A DNA stretch of 24,000 nt from Candidatus Aenigmatarchaeota archaeon (lineage in GTDB: Archaea; Aenigmatarchaeota; Aenigmatarchaeia; Aenigmatarchaeales; JACQIB01): positions 2,176 to 26,175 of the forward strand of contig JBHIDR010000002.1 of assembly GCA_046760225.1 (NCBI GenBank). Reading direction: 5' to 3'. Position numbers and translations under genes: made by a program. Under the pieces are notes generated by a model that saw only the letters and a program-made list of their open reading frames with translations, did not search any database and was not told the DNA's origin. Shown here one piece after another: positions 8,381 to 16,157 of the stretch. Position 1 is the first letter of the stretch, and each line of letters starts with the position of its first letter.

Positions 8381-8419
8381 GATATCACTTTATATTGCGA
8401 ATAAACTAGAATAAATATT

Positions 8420-8752
8420 ATGCGAAAAATTGCTCTTTTACTTGTGCTGGTTGTACTTGCATCAGGATGCATTGGACAGGCTGCTGACACAGAAAGGGTC
8501 CTTACAGAGGCTGACGACGTGAAGATACATGCGTGCAGGGACCTGTGCGAAGATGCAAAAGCAAAGGGGACTGACCTGAGCAACGGGCCTTGCCTGTCGA
8601 ATGATTTGGGTGACGGCTGGGTCTGTGATGTTGCTCACTGGCCAAGGCAGGCTGTTGATAATGATCCTGCGAACCAGTGTCCTGCATATGGGATAACAGC
8701 AAGCCATTTTGTTGAATTTGATGAGAACTGCGAGTTCATAAGAGCTTCTTGA
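8420..8752 (+). CDS. secreted Cys-rich lipoprotein-like protein
   Basis: Signal peptide with a lipobox-like LASGC (MRKIALLLVLVVLASGCIG) and 7 Cys in the mature part. Confidence 0.6.
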   Translation: MRKIALLLVLVVLASGCIGQAADTERVLTEADDVKIHACRDLCEDAKAKGTDLSNGPCLSNDLGDGWVCDVAHWPRQAVDNDPANQCPAYGITASHFVEFDENCEFIRAS

Positions 8753-9287
8753 TTTTTTCTAGAAGAAAGGGGAACTCTGTATAGCCGGCTGCCTTGTTGA
8801 AATGGCCTGCATCCTTGACCATTATGGGTTCTACTCCGAGGTTTCTTGCAAGCTCGTTTGTCTTTTCCAAGGGAACATATGGGTCATTGTCTGAACCAAT
8901 AACAAAAATATTTTTGCAGTTGTTTTTTATTGCATCCCAGTCAAATGGATCCTTGAAAAATGAGGAGTTTATTTCATCGACTTCCTCGCTGTCCAGTGCT
9001 CCCAAGAATCCTGCAACCAGAAATGCAGCCCTGAGCTTTTGCTTTTCAAGAATCCTCAATATTAGCGCAGGACCAATGCTGTGCCCTATCATTACTGTGT
9101 TCTCATCAATCGGATGTTTATTCATTACTTTCATCCAGTTCTCCAAAGACTGTCCTTCAGGTGTCGGGAACCTTGGTACAAGAACTTCATGCCCTAGCCC
9201 TTCCAGTTCCTTCTTCAGCCAGGGGAACCAGTTCTCTTCAGGATGTCCATAAGCACCATGGATTATTATGAACATCATTTTACTCAT
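8736..9287 (-). CDS. alpha/beta serine hydrolase, RBBP9/YdeN family
   Basis: IIIHGAYGHPEENWFPWL, nucleophile elbow GHSIG, SDNDPYVP and GHFN match the family layout. Confidence 0.8.
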   Translation of the reverse strand: MSKMMFIIIHGAYGHPEENWFPWLKKELEGLGHEVLVPRFPTPEGQSLENWMKVMNKHPIDENTVMIGHSIGPALILRILEKQKLRAAFLVAGFLGALDSEEVDEINSSFFKDPFDWDAIKNNCKNIFVIGSDNDPYVPLEKTNELARNLGVEPIMVKDAGHFNKAAGYTEFPFLLEKIKKLL

Positions 9288-10503
9288 ACCTCAGTGCATC
9301 AACAGGATTCATTCCTGCTGCTCTTCTTGCAGGAAGAACTCCTGATGCAACCCCTATAAGGAACGAGAAGCCAAGGCCAAAGGCAATGAGCTCTGGCGTT
9401 ATTGAAGCCTTCAATATTCCATAGCCTGCTTCTGCTGCAATCACTTCAATTCCTAAGCTAAGGGAAAGGCCAAGTATGACCCCTATTATGCCACCGACCA
9501 GGCCCAGAATACCGGACTCAAAGACGAATATGAACATGATGTCACTGTTGGTGGCCCCGACTGCCTTCATCACGCCTATCTCCTTTGTCCTTTCCATTAC
9601 AGATGTGTACATTGTGTTCATTATTCCCACGCCACCCACAAGGAGTGCTATTGAGGCTATACCAACAAAAACCAGCTGGACTATGCCTAATACGTTGCTT
9701 ACGCTTTCAGATATCTGTGTTGTTGTAAGGACAGAAAAATCATCCTGGCCCCTGACGTCCTCAAGCTCTTCAGCTATTTCATCAGCAACCTTGTCCACAT
9801 CGGCTCCGCTCTTCACATTCAGGCTTATAAATGATACCTCATCAGGCTCATCAAAGACCTCCCTTGCCGTATCCATATGTATCCAAAGGCTATTGTCATC
9901 CTGCGGATTCCCAACTTCACTTAGGAATCCCCTTACCTTGAAGGTCTTGCCTGCTATCTCTATCCTGTCGCCTATGTTTACATTGTTCTCAAAGAGCTCG
10001 TCCTGGACAGAGGTGCCTGCAACAAGCCCGTAAGTATCTGATTCAGAAGGGAGCCTTCCCTTCTCTATGTGCAGTCCCTGGATATCAAAGAATACTTCTT
10101 CAACCTGCTTTGCTGGTGTGCCGGTGACCCATGTATACTTGCTTTCGCCGCGGTACTTCACTTCCTGCATGCGGAAAATCATTGGCACAACAGTATCCAC
10201 ACCCCTGACACCCTTGATGACATCAACATCATCTTCAGTGAAGTCTGCTGCTCCGAAGCCAGGAGGTCCTGCACCGAACTTGCCTGGCATGATGGTTATG
10301 GTATCTGTGCCAAGAAGCTCGAACTGCTGGGCTATTGCCTCGTTCATTCCCTGGCTTATTGATATGAGCCCTATGACAGCTGCTATTCCTATGAATATGC
10401 CCAGTATGGTAAGCCAGCTTCTCAATCTCCTGTACCTAAGCGTCCTCAATGAAAAGGAAAAGTAATCAGATATCATCTCCTCAACCTCCTGTTGGCGGCC
10501 CAT
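9280..10503 (-). CDS. ABC transporter permease, MacB/FtsX type
   Basis: 407 aa with an N-terminal TM, a large periplasmic-type MacB domain and a C-terminal FtsX 3-TM bundle (KEIGVMKAVGAT motif). It overlaps the ATPase gene. Confidence 0.85.
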   Translation of the reverse strand: MGRQQEVEEMISDYFSFSLRTLRYRRLRSWLTILGIFIGIAAVIGLISISQGMNEAIAQQFELLGTDTITIMPGKFGAGPPGFGAADFTEDDVDVIKGVRGVDTVVPMIFRMQEVKYRGESKYTWVTGTPAKQVEEVFFDIQGLHIEKGRLPSESDTYGLVAGTSVQDELFENNVNIGDRIEIAGKTFKVRGFLSEVGNPQDDNSLWIHMDTAREVFDEPDEVSFISLNVKSGADVDKVADEIAEELEDVRGQDDFSVLTTTQISESVSNVLGIVQLVFVGIASIALLVGGVGIMNTMYTSVMERTKEIGVMKAVGATNSDIMFIFVFESGILGLVGGIIGVILGLSLSLGIEVIAAEAGYGILKASITPELIAFGLGFSFLIGVASGVLPARRAAGMNPVDALRYE

Positions 10504-11336
10504 AGGTATTTCTTTGCAAGCACATGGTCATGCAGAAGCTTGCCGTCCATTATGTTCATCATCCTCTGCGCATGGCCTGCTATGTAAGGGTCATGGGTCA
10601 CTATGACTATTGTCTTTTTGTCTCCTCTATGGAGCTTCAGGAGAAGGTTCATTATCTGCCTGCCTGTTGCTGAATCAATGTTTCCTGTTGGCTCATCAGC
10701 AAGTATTATGTCAGGGTCGTTTGCAAGTGACCTTGCAATTGCAACCCTCTGCTGCTCACCGCCTGACATCTCAGTCGGCCTGTGTTTGGCCCTTTTTGCT
10801 ATGCCAACAGAGGCAAGCAGTTTCCTTGCCCTTTGCCTTCTTTCCCTTTCCTTCACTCCCTGGAAGATCATTGGAAGCATGACATTGTCAAGCGCCGTGA
10901 GATTGGGCATGAGGTTGAACTGCTGAAACACAAAACCTATTTTTTTACCTCTCAGTTTTGCCAAGGTATTTTCAGGCAGAGCTGATATGTCCTTTCCTTC
11001 AAGGAATACTTTGCCCCTTGTGGGGACATCCAGGGCACCTACGAGATGCATTAACGTACTTTTTCCTGATCCGCTGGGGCCCATTATTGCAATGAACTCA
11101 TTCTTGAAAATGGTCATGCTGAGGCCCTGCAGTGCGTTCACCCTTGCCCTGCCCATTGTGTATGTCTTCCAGACTGAATCGAGCCTTATGATGGGCTCCT
11201 CTACGAGGAACTTTTCAGGATTCTTCAGGAATGACTTCCTGCAATCAGGACTGCAGAAGTAATGTTTCTTTCCCCTATACTTGTAAGGAAACTTTCTTGT
11301 GCTTACCTCCATTCCGCATACAGGATCGAACGGCAT
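10473..11336 (-). CDS. ABC transporter ATP-binding protein (MacB/LolD-like) with an N-terminal YHS/TRASH-type domain
   Basis: Walker A GPSGSGKST, signature LSGGEQQR and Walker B ILADEPT. The first 45 aa or so (DPVCGMEV....YFCSPDCRKSFLKNPEKF) match the YHS domain pattern. Confidence 0.9.
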   Translation of the reverse strand: MPFDPVCGMEVSTRKFPYKYRGKKHYFCSPDCRKSFLKNPEKFLVEEPIIRLDSVWKTYTMGRARVNALQGLSMTIFKNEFIAIMGPSGSGKSTLMHLVGALDVPTRGKVFLEGKDISALPENTLAKLRGKKIGFVFQQFNLMPNLTALDNVMLPMIFQGVKERERRQRARKLLASVGIAKRAKHRPTEMSGGEQQRVAIARSLANDPDIILADEPTGNIDSATGRQIMNLLLKLHRGDKKTIVIVTHDPYIAGHAQRMMNIMDGKLLHDHVLAKKYLWAANRRLRR

Positions 11337-11340
11337 TCAA

Positions 11341-12468
11341 TCACTTTTTGGATTTCCACCACCATATGCCTCCTGCTATTACTACCAAAAGAATTATCCA
11401 TGCCCAGGGCAGTTCAATCGGAGCTGCAGTCGGGGTGACAGACACTGTCCTTGTAACAGTGAAGGGATTGTTGTAGCTGTCCCTGTAGCTGAGCTCAATT
11501 GTTATGTCATAGATCCCTGTTGCGGCTTTGAGGTCCTGCTCTATGTCAACTGTCTCAGTATCATCAGGCTCCAGCTTACCTATGTATATTTCCTTTGAGC
11601 CGTAGTCAGATGTTACCTTGGCTGTAAGGAACTCAGCAGAGCCGGTGCCGCTGTTCGATATTGATATCGTTGCTATGCCTTTCCTTCCGAAGTAGAAATC
11701 ACGGGTCTCATCAAGCGTCACAACGAACTCGGCCTGGCCTGAAATCGGAAGGCCTATGTTCTTTGTCTCGTTGTAGCTTGTTGTCTTTGCCTCGTCATAA
11801 TAAATCAGCTTCACAGGGATAAGCTGTGTGCCCACTGATGCTGCAGGGTCTATTGTTATCTCAAATGAGAAGGGCTCCCTACCCTTTGCTCGAATAGTGG
11901 TCACAAAGCTCTCTGAAGAGCCAGAGACCGTGAACAGGCCGCTGCTCTGGGTAAGTGAAACTGAAACATCCTTTGCAGGGCCATTACCATTGTTAACAAG
12001 GTCAAAGTTCAGGATGACTGATGAACCGGGTGTTGGTGGTGATGAGAAATTCACATTTGAGACCTGCAAGAGGGGAGGGCTCCTGATTGCTATTGGGACG
12101 TTTATCCTTGTCTCCTTTGTTGCAGAGTTCACGCCATAGCTGGCCAAAACAGAGATATAGGACTGCTGTGACTTGGCTGTAGATGAAGCAGTAACAACAA
12201 CAGAGGCCTGCTGGGAAGAGCCTGCACCAAGTGTTCCTATCTGCACACTGGATGTGGAAACAGAAAGATCAGGGCCAGCTGTGATTGTGACCCTGAGATT
12301 TGTCACATCAGTTGTTGTGCTCGGGTTTGTGAAGGTAAGGATCACTGTTGTCTGGCTGCCTGGCCTGACATAATCCTCCATAACCTGATAGGTTATTGTG
12401 AGCGATGCTGCAACAACAGGCACTGCAAAGAGCGAAAATATGGTGAGTAGCAAAAACAACCTTTTCAT
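11341..12468 (-). CDS. secreted, C-terminally TM-anchored beta-rich repeat protein (S-layer-domain / CARDB-like)
   Basis: Signal peptide, Thr/Ser/Val-rich Ig-like repeats and a C-terminal TM plus basic tail (WAWIILLVVIAGGIWWWKSKK). It is the first gene of the ABC operon. Confidence 0.65.
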   Translation of the reverse strand: MKRLFLLLTIFSLFAVPVVAASLTITYQVMEDYVRPGSQTTVILTFTNPSTTTDVTNLRVTITAGPDLSVSTSSVQIGTLGAGSSQQASVVVTASSTAKSQQSYISVLASYGVNSATKETRINVPIAIRSPPLLQVSNVNFSSPPTPGSSVILNFDLVNNGNGPAKDVSVSLTQSSGLFTVSGSSESFVTTIRAKGREPFSFEITIDPAASVGTQLIPVKLIYYDEAKTTSYNETKNIGLPISGQAEFVVTLDETRDFYFGRKGIATISISNSGTGSAEFLTAKVTSDYGSKEIYIGKLEPDDTETVDIEQDLKAATGIYDITIELSYRDSYNNPFTVTRTVSVTPTAAPIELPWAWIILLVVIAGGIWWWKSKK

Positions 12469-12543
12469 GAAATTACCTTGATTTGTATTATTTTTTGGAT
12501 ATTAAAAATTTAAGCTTTTAAACTCTTCCTGCGATTTAGTGTT

Positions 12544-13272
12544 ATGGGACTTAAGCCAGACAAGAAAATAAGGTGGTCAGACCTCAGAAAGACCTGGGGA
12601 GGGGTATTTGACAACCAGACAATACTTGCCATCTACAAGCTGATGAACAGGGGGGACATAAAGGAGGTTGTGGGTGTTGTCAAGGAAGGAAAGGAGTCCA
12701 AGGTCCTTGCAGCAAGAGGAAGAAAGGGCACAGTGGCAATCAAGGTCTATGCAATTGAGGCTGCAAACTTCAAGAGGATGCTGCCCTACCTTATTGGTGA
12801 CCCAAGGTTCGGGAGGATCAAGAAGGACAAGAGGAGCATTATTTTTGCATGGGCCAAGAAGGAGTTCAAGAACCTTGAAAGGGCCAGGAAAGCCGGAGTG
12901 CACTGCCCAAGGCCCATTGCATTTGAGAAGAACGTGCTGGTGCTGGAGTTCATAGGTGATGATTTCAAGCCTGCGCAAAGGCTGAGCCATACAAGGCCGA
13001 AGGATCCTGAAAAGGTATTTAAAGTTGTAATTGGTGATATGAAGAGGATGTGGGTGAAGGCAGGAATAGTGCATGGTGACCTTTCAGAATTCAATATACT
13101 GCTGCACAAGGAAAGGCCATGGATAATAGACTTTTCACAGTCAGTTGTGAAGGACCATCCCCATGCGCTAGGGTTTTTGAAAAGGGACATAAATAATGTG
13201 TGCATATATTTCAGGAAGCTCGGGGTGGAATGTGAAGATGAGGAAATATACGAAAAACTTTTAAAAAGGTGA
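12544..13272 (+). CDS. rio1: RIO-type serine/threonine protein kinase (Rio1)
   Basis: G.V.EGKES.V, AIKVY, catalytic HGDLSEFNIL and metal-binding IIDFSQS. Confidence 0.9.
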   Translation: MGLKPDKKIRWSDLRKTWGGVFDNQTILAIYKLMNRGDIKEVVGVVKEGKESKVLAARGRKGTVAIKVYAIEAANFKRMLPYLIGDPRFGRIKKDKRSIIFAWAKKEFKNLERARKAGVHCPRPIAFEKNVLVLEFIGDDFKPAQRLSHTRPKDPEKVFKVVIGDMKRMWVKAGIVHGDLSEFNILLHKERPWIIDFSQSVVKDHPHALGFLKRDINNVCIYFRKLGVECEDEEIYEKLLKR

Positions 13273-13751
13273 AGCACATTAAAGAGATTGTACTTGTTCC
13301 GTCAGAAAGAATAAGGATAGTGAAGTCAGCAAGGAGGGAGATCGAGGAAAGTCTGGATGTCAAACTGGATTTTGTTGACAACTCTGTTGAGGTTGATGGT
13401 GAAGGTCTTAAGCTTCTCCAGGCAAAGAACACTGTGAAGGCAATAGGAAGGGGCTTCTCGCCTGAAAGGGCATTCAGGCTGTTTGATGAGGAGCAGACAC
13501 TGGAAGTGATTGACATAGGAAGGAACGAGAGGATAAAGGCAAGGATAATAGGGACCAGTGGCAGGACAAGGGAAGAGATAGAAAGATGTACAGGGGCTGC
13601 TGTCTCGGTCTATGGAAAGACAGTATCGATCATCGGGGACTGGGACCAGCTGAAAAATGCAAAAGAAGCAATAGAAATGCTTATAAGCGGTGCAAGGCAT
13701 ACAACAGTTTACAGGCACCTGGAAAAAATAAAAAGGGGGAAGGTGATCTGA
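13269..13751 (+). CDS. KH-domain RNA-binding protein (archaeal Dim2/Pno1-like)
   Basis: GTG start overlapping the rio1 stop (GTGA). There are two KH-like modules (IGRGFS, IIGTSGRTREEIE). The Rio1-KH neighbourhood is conserved in archaea. Confidence 0.8.
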   Translation: MKHIKEIVLVPSERIRIVKSARREIEESLDVKLDFVDNSVEVDGEGLKLLQAKNTVKAIGRGFSPERAFRLFDEEQTLEVIDIGRNERIKARIIGTSGRTREEIERCTGAAVSVYGKTVSIIGDWDQLKNAKEAIEMLISGARHTTVYRHLEKIKRGKVI

Positions 13752-14056
13752 TGCAGGAGAAAGTAAAAAGGTTTGTTGAAGAAAACAAACTGCAGATGTC
13801 ACCAGAGCATGCTGCACTTGACCTCATATCAGAACTTGGAGAGGTTGCAAAGGAGATATTGAAGGCAACAGATTATGGAAGACATCCACCCAAGAAGAGA
13901 GAAGAAATAAAATCAGAACTTGGAGACGCATTATATTCATTAATAAACCTTGCAAACACCTTGAATGTAGATATTGAGGAAGCGCTTGAACTTGCAATGG
14001 AGAAATACAAGAAAAGAATACAGAAAGGTTCAACACCAGACTCGAGGAATGAATAA
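13751..14056 (+). CDS. MazG-like nucleotide pyrophosphohydrolase
   Basis: ATG overlaps the stop of the KH gene. The EhxxLxSELGEVAKE ... ELGDALYSLINLAN pattern (EExxE/D helices) is present. The longer track ORF from 13586 is an out-of-frame overlap with the KH gene. Confidence 0.8.
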   Translation: MQEKVKRFVEENKLQMSPEHAALDLISELGEVAKEILKATDYGRHPPKKREEIKSELGDALYSLINLANTLNVDIEEALELAMEKYKKRIQKGSTPDSRNE

Positions 14057-14057
14057 A

Positions 14058-14111
14058 ATGGCGAAAAGAATAGCAGCAAAGACAGCAGAGATAATGGTAG
14101 CGGAGCAAAGA
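14058..14111 (+). pseudogene. relic copy of the first 18 codons of top6B, positioned 1 nt after the mazG stop
   Basis: MAKRIAAKTAEIMVAEQR aligns with the functional top6B start MTKKRETFRTAEELALEQR (9 of 18 identical; ACAGCAGA and GAGCAAAGA are shared at DNA level). After codon 18 the frame continues into AT-rich non-homologous sequence (track ORF 13974..14261). Confidence 0.45.
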
Positions 14112-14203
14112 TTAACTTATAAAAATGACGAGCTAGTTCAAGAAAATGTGATAACCATTAAAAAATCGACATATCAAAAACAAAGAAATACATATTATTT
14201 TAA

Positions 14204-14232
14204 TTCCGATATACTATCGGAACTTTTTAAAT
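14204..14232 (+). terminator. perfect 8-bp hairpin followed by a T-rich tract
   Basis: TTCCGATA (14204-14211), loop TAC, TATCGGAA (14215-14222), then CTTTTTAAATTTTTATT. Confidence 0.4.
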
Positions 14233-14267
14233 TTTTATTCGAGTATAAAAAACCATGGTGAGGTGAT
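14224..14267 (+). promoter_or_regulatory. promoter-like AT-rich boxes plus a strong SD for top6B
   Basis: TTTTTAAATTTTTA (14224-14237) and TATAAAAAA (14244-14252) are TATA candidates. GGTGAGGTGAT (14257-14267) lies 9 nt upstream of ATG 14277. Confidence 0.4.
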
Positions 14268-14276
14268 TAGGAAAAA

Positions 14277-14360
14277 ATGACAAAGAAAAGAGAAACGTTC
14301 AGGACAGCAGAAGAACTAGCACTCGAGCAAAGAGCAATCTCTGTGGCTGAATTTTTCGAA
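14277..14360 (+). CDS. top6B: DNA topoisomerase VI subunit B, exon 1 (28 codons)
   Basis: Hand translation gives MTKKRETFRTAEELALEQRAISVAEFFE, which matches the conserved Top6B N-terminal strap up to the middle of the AEFFEKN motif. Confidence 0.75.
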
Positions 14361-14390
14361 ATCCTTTGATTGAAAAATCAGGGACGAATT
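14361..14390 (+). other. candidate 30-nt bulge-helix-bulge (BHB) intron in top6B mRNA
   Basis: In-frame insert containing TGA (14367-14369). The fold is a 4-bp central helix 14355-14358/14385-14388 flanked by 3-nt bulges 14359-14361 and 14389-14391. The inner stem 14362-14371/14376-14384 carries a GAAA loop, and the outer stem is 14348-14354/14392-14398. Canonical cleavage after bulge nt 2 gives exactly 14360^14391. Confidence 0.7.
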
Positions 14391-16157
14391 AAGAATCGCC
14401 ACCTGCTCGGCTTTGACAACCCTGCAAAGGCTTTGCTCACTGTTGTGCGTGAGGCTGTTGACAATTCGTTGGATGCCTGTGAGGATGCAAGGATACTTCC
14501 TGAGATAAAGATAACAGTGCAGGAGCCAAGGGAAATATACTCTATAATGGATGAAGAAGGCGACATCATAGGCGAGTTCATTGTTGAAGGAAAGAAAGTA
14601 AAGTTCATATCAGAAGGCTCGACCCTGCCTCTGGAGAAAAAGGAAGAAAAACGAAAGGGCAATGTCTATGTGTTTGAAAAGGAAGGAAAGAAGATAAAGG
14701 TAAAGGAAATCCTGACTGGTGATGAAAGGCTGATAGAGGTTTCAAGGGGAAAGACAAAGTACAAGGTAACAAAGGCGCCTGTTGACAGGTTCAAGATAAT
14801 TATTGAGGACAATGGCCCTGGAATAGTGAAGGAGCAGATACCGAGCATATTCGGAAGGCTGCTCTATGGTTCAAAGTTCTACAAGCTCAGGCAGAGCAGG
14901 GGCCAGCAGGGTGTGGGAATATCAGCTGCTGTGCTTTATTCCCAGCTCACAACAGGCAAGCCGACCATAATCTATTCAAGGACAGGACCGAAAAAGCCTG
15001 TCAACATAATGCACCTGAGAATCAATGTCACAAAGAACAGGCCTGAAATAATAAAGGAAGAGACAATGAAAGACGGTTTCCGGGAAAGGGGAGTAAGGAT
15101 AGACATGGAAATAGAGGGCAAGTACATGAAGAGGTACCATTCTGTTTTCGAATATCTCAAACAGACAGCAACTGTCAACCCATTTGCGCACATCATATTC
15201 AATTCACCTGACGGCACAAAGCACGAGTTCCCAAGGACAGTGAAAGAGCTGCCCAAACTACCCAAGGACATCAAGCCACACCCGCTCGGAGTGGAAGTGG
15301 GCATGCTTGAAAGGATGTCAAGACTGACAAGGACAAGGAATGTTGTGGGTTTTCTGTCGGGTGACTTCTGCAGGGTAGGTCCCGGGACAGCAAAGAAAAT
15401 TGTTAAGCGAGCAGGAATAAAGGGATCAACAAGCCCGAAGGCACTGACACATGAACAGATCAACAAGCTATGGAGGGCAATACATGCAACTGACTTCATG
15501 AAGCCTCCTCTTGATTGTCTGAGCCCAATAGGTTCGGGTAAACTGGAAGAAGGAATGAGAAAGGAATACAGTCCTGAGTTCGTGTTTGCGGTCTCCAGAC
15601 CACCTTCTGTTTACAGGGGCATGCCCTTCAAGATAGAGGCTGCAATAGCGTATGGTGGCGATGTATCAAAGGAAGGAGCTGTGAAGATTATGCGCTTTGC
15701 AAACAGGGTGCCTTTGCTTTATCAGGCAAGCTCATGCGCAATAACAAAGGCTGTGCACAAGATTGACTGGAAGCACTATGGTCTTGACATGCACGGAACC
15801 ACTCCTTATGGTCCTGCTGTTATAGCAGTTCACATGGCATCTGTATGGATACCTTATACTTCCGAGTCAAAGGAAGCAATAGACCCGTATCCAATAATAA
15901 AAAAGGAAATAAGGCTTGCCCTGCAGGAATGTGGAAGAAAACTGCAGAGATTTGTTTCAGGAAGAAGGAGGGCGCAGGAAGTGCAGAAAAGAATAAGCCT
16001 TTTCGAGAAGTACATACCTGAAATTGCCTTTGCCTTGTCAAACCTTACAGGAGAGAAAAAGGAAAAAATAGTAAAAGATTTTGAAAAGATGCTGAAAAGG
16101 GGGAAGAAAGAAGATGAAGAGGTCGAAAAAGAAAAAGGAGAAGAAGCCAAAGGATAA
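14391..16157 (+). CDS. top6B: DNA topoisomerase VI subunit B, exon 2 (GHKL ATPase, H2TH, transducer)
   Basis: KNRHLLGFDNPAKALLTVVREAVDNSLDA (N box), EDNGPGI (G1), FGRLLYGSKF..SRGQQGVGISAAVLYSQ (G2) and VPLLYQ...WIPYTSESKEAI. The track ORF 14370..16157 uses a TTG inside the candidate intron. Confidence 0.9.
   Translation, partial: KNRHLLGFDNPAKALLTVVREAVDNSLDACEDARILPEIKITVQEPREIYSIMDEEGDIIGEFIVEGKKVKFISEGSTLPLEKKEEKRKGNVYVFEKEGKKIKVKEILTGDERLIEVSRGKTKYKVTKAPVDRFKIIIEDNGPGIVKEQIPSIFGRLLYGSKFYKLRQSRGQQGVGISAAVLYSQLTTGKPTIIYSRTGPKKPVNIMHLRINVTKNRPEIIKEETMKDGFRERGVRIDMEIEGKYMKRYHSVFEYLKQTATVNPFAHIIFNSPDGTKHEFPRTVKELPKLPKDIKPHPLGVEVGMLERMSRLTRTRNVVGFLSGDFCRVGPGTAKKIVKRAGIKGSTSPKALTHEQINKLWRAIHATDFMKPPLDCLSPIGSGKLEEGMRKEYSPEFVFAVSRPPSVYRGMPFKIEAAIAYGGDVSKEGAVKIMRFANRVPLLYQASSCAITKAVHKIDWKHYGLDMHGTTPYGPAVIAVHMASVWIPYTSESKEAIDPYPIIKKEIRLALQECGRKLQRFVSGRRRAQEVQKRISLFEKYIPEIAFALSNLTGEKKEKIVKDFEKMLKRGKKEDEEVEKEKGEEAKG

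Noticed and set aside
13974-14261. The 95-aa plus-strand ORF spanning the mazG end and the AT-rich spacer.
   Set aside because: Its first part is an out-of-frame overlap with mazG. The meaningful part begins at ATG 14058 (the top6B head relic) and then runs through AT-rich spacer containing a hairpin and TATA-like boxes, so it is not treated as a functional gene.
14112-14333. A second, 222-nt BHB intron joining the relic top6B head (14058-14111) to AISVAEFF.
   Set aside because: The junctions fall inside a shared 9-mer (GAGCAAAGA). The 4-nt central-helix strands would therefore have to be self-complementary, and they are not. The segment also carries terminator-, promoter- and SD-like signals and its own ATG, which fits a duplication relic better.
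14361-14390. The TGA at 14367-14369 in top6B could be a recoded (sense or Sec) codon, or top6B could simply start at TTG 14370.
   Set aside because: TGA terminates several confident neighbouring genes (for example rio1, the KH gene, the CYTH gene and the Cas4-like gene). A TTG 14370 start would discard the conserved ISVAEFFE half-motif, which is encoded in frame with its own SD and ATG. The exact match between the BHB cleavage sites and the homology-predicted junctions favours splicing. It is kept only as the null hypothesis in the finding.
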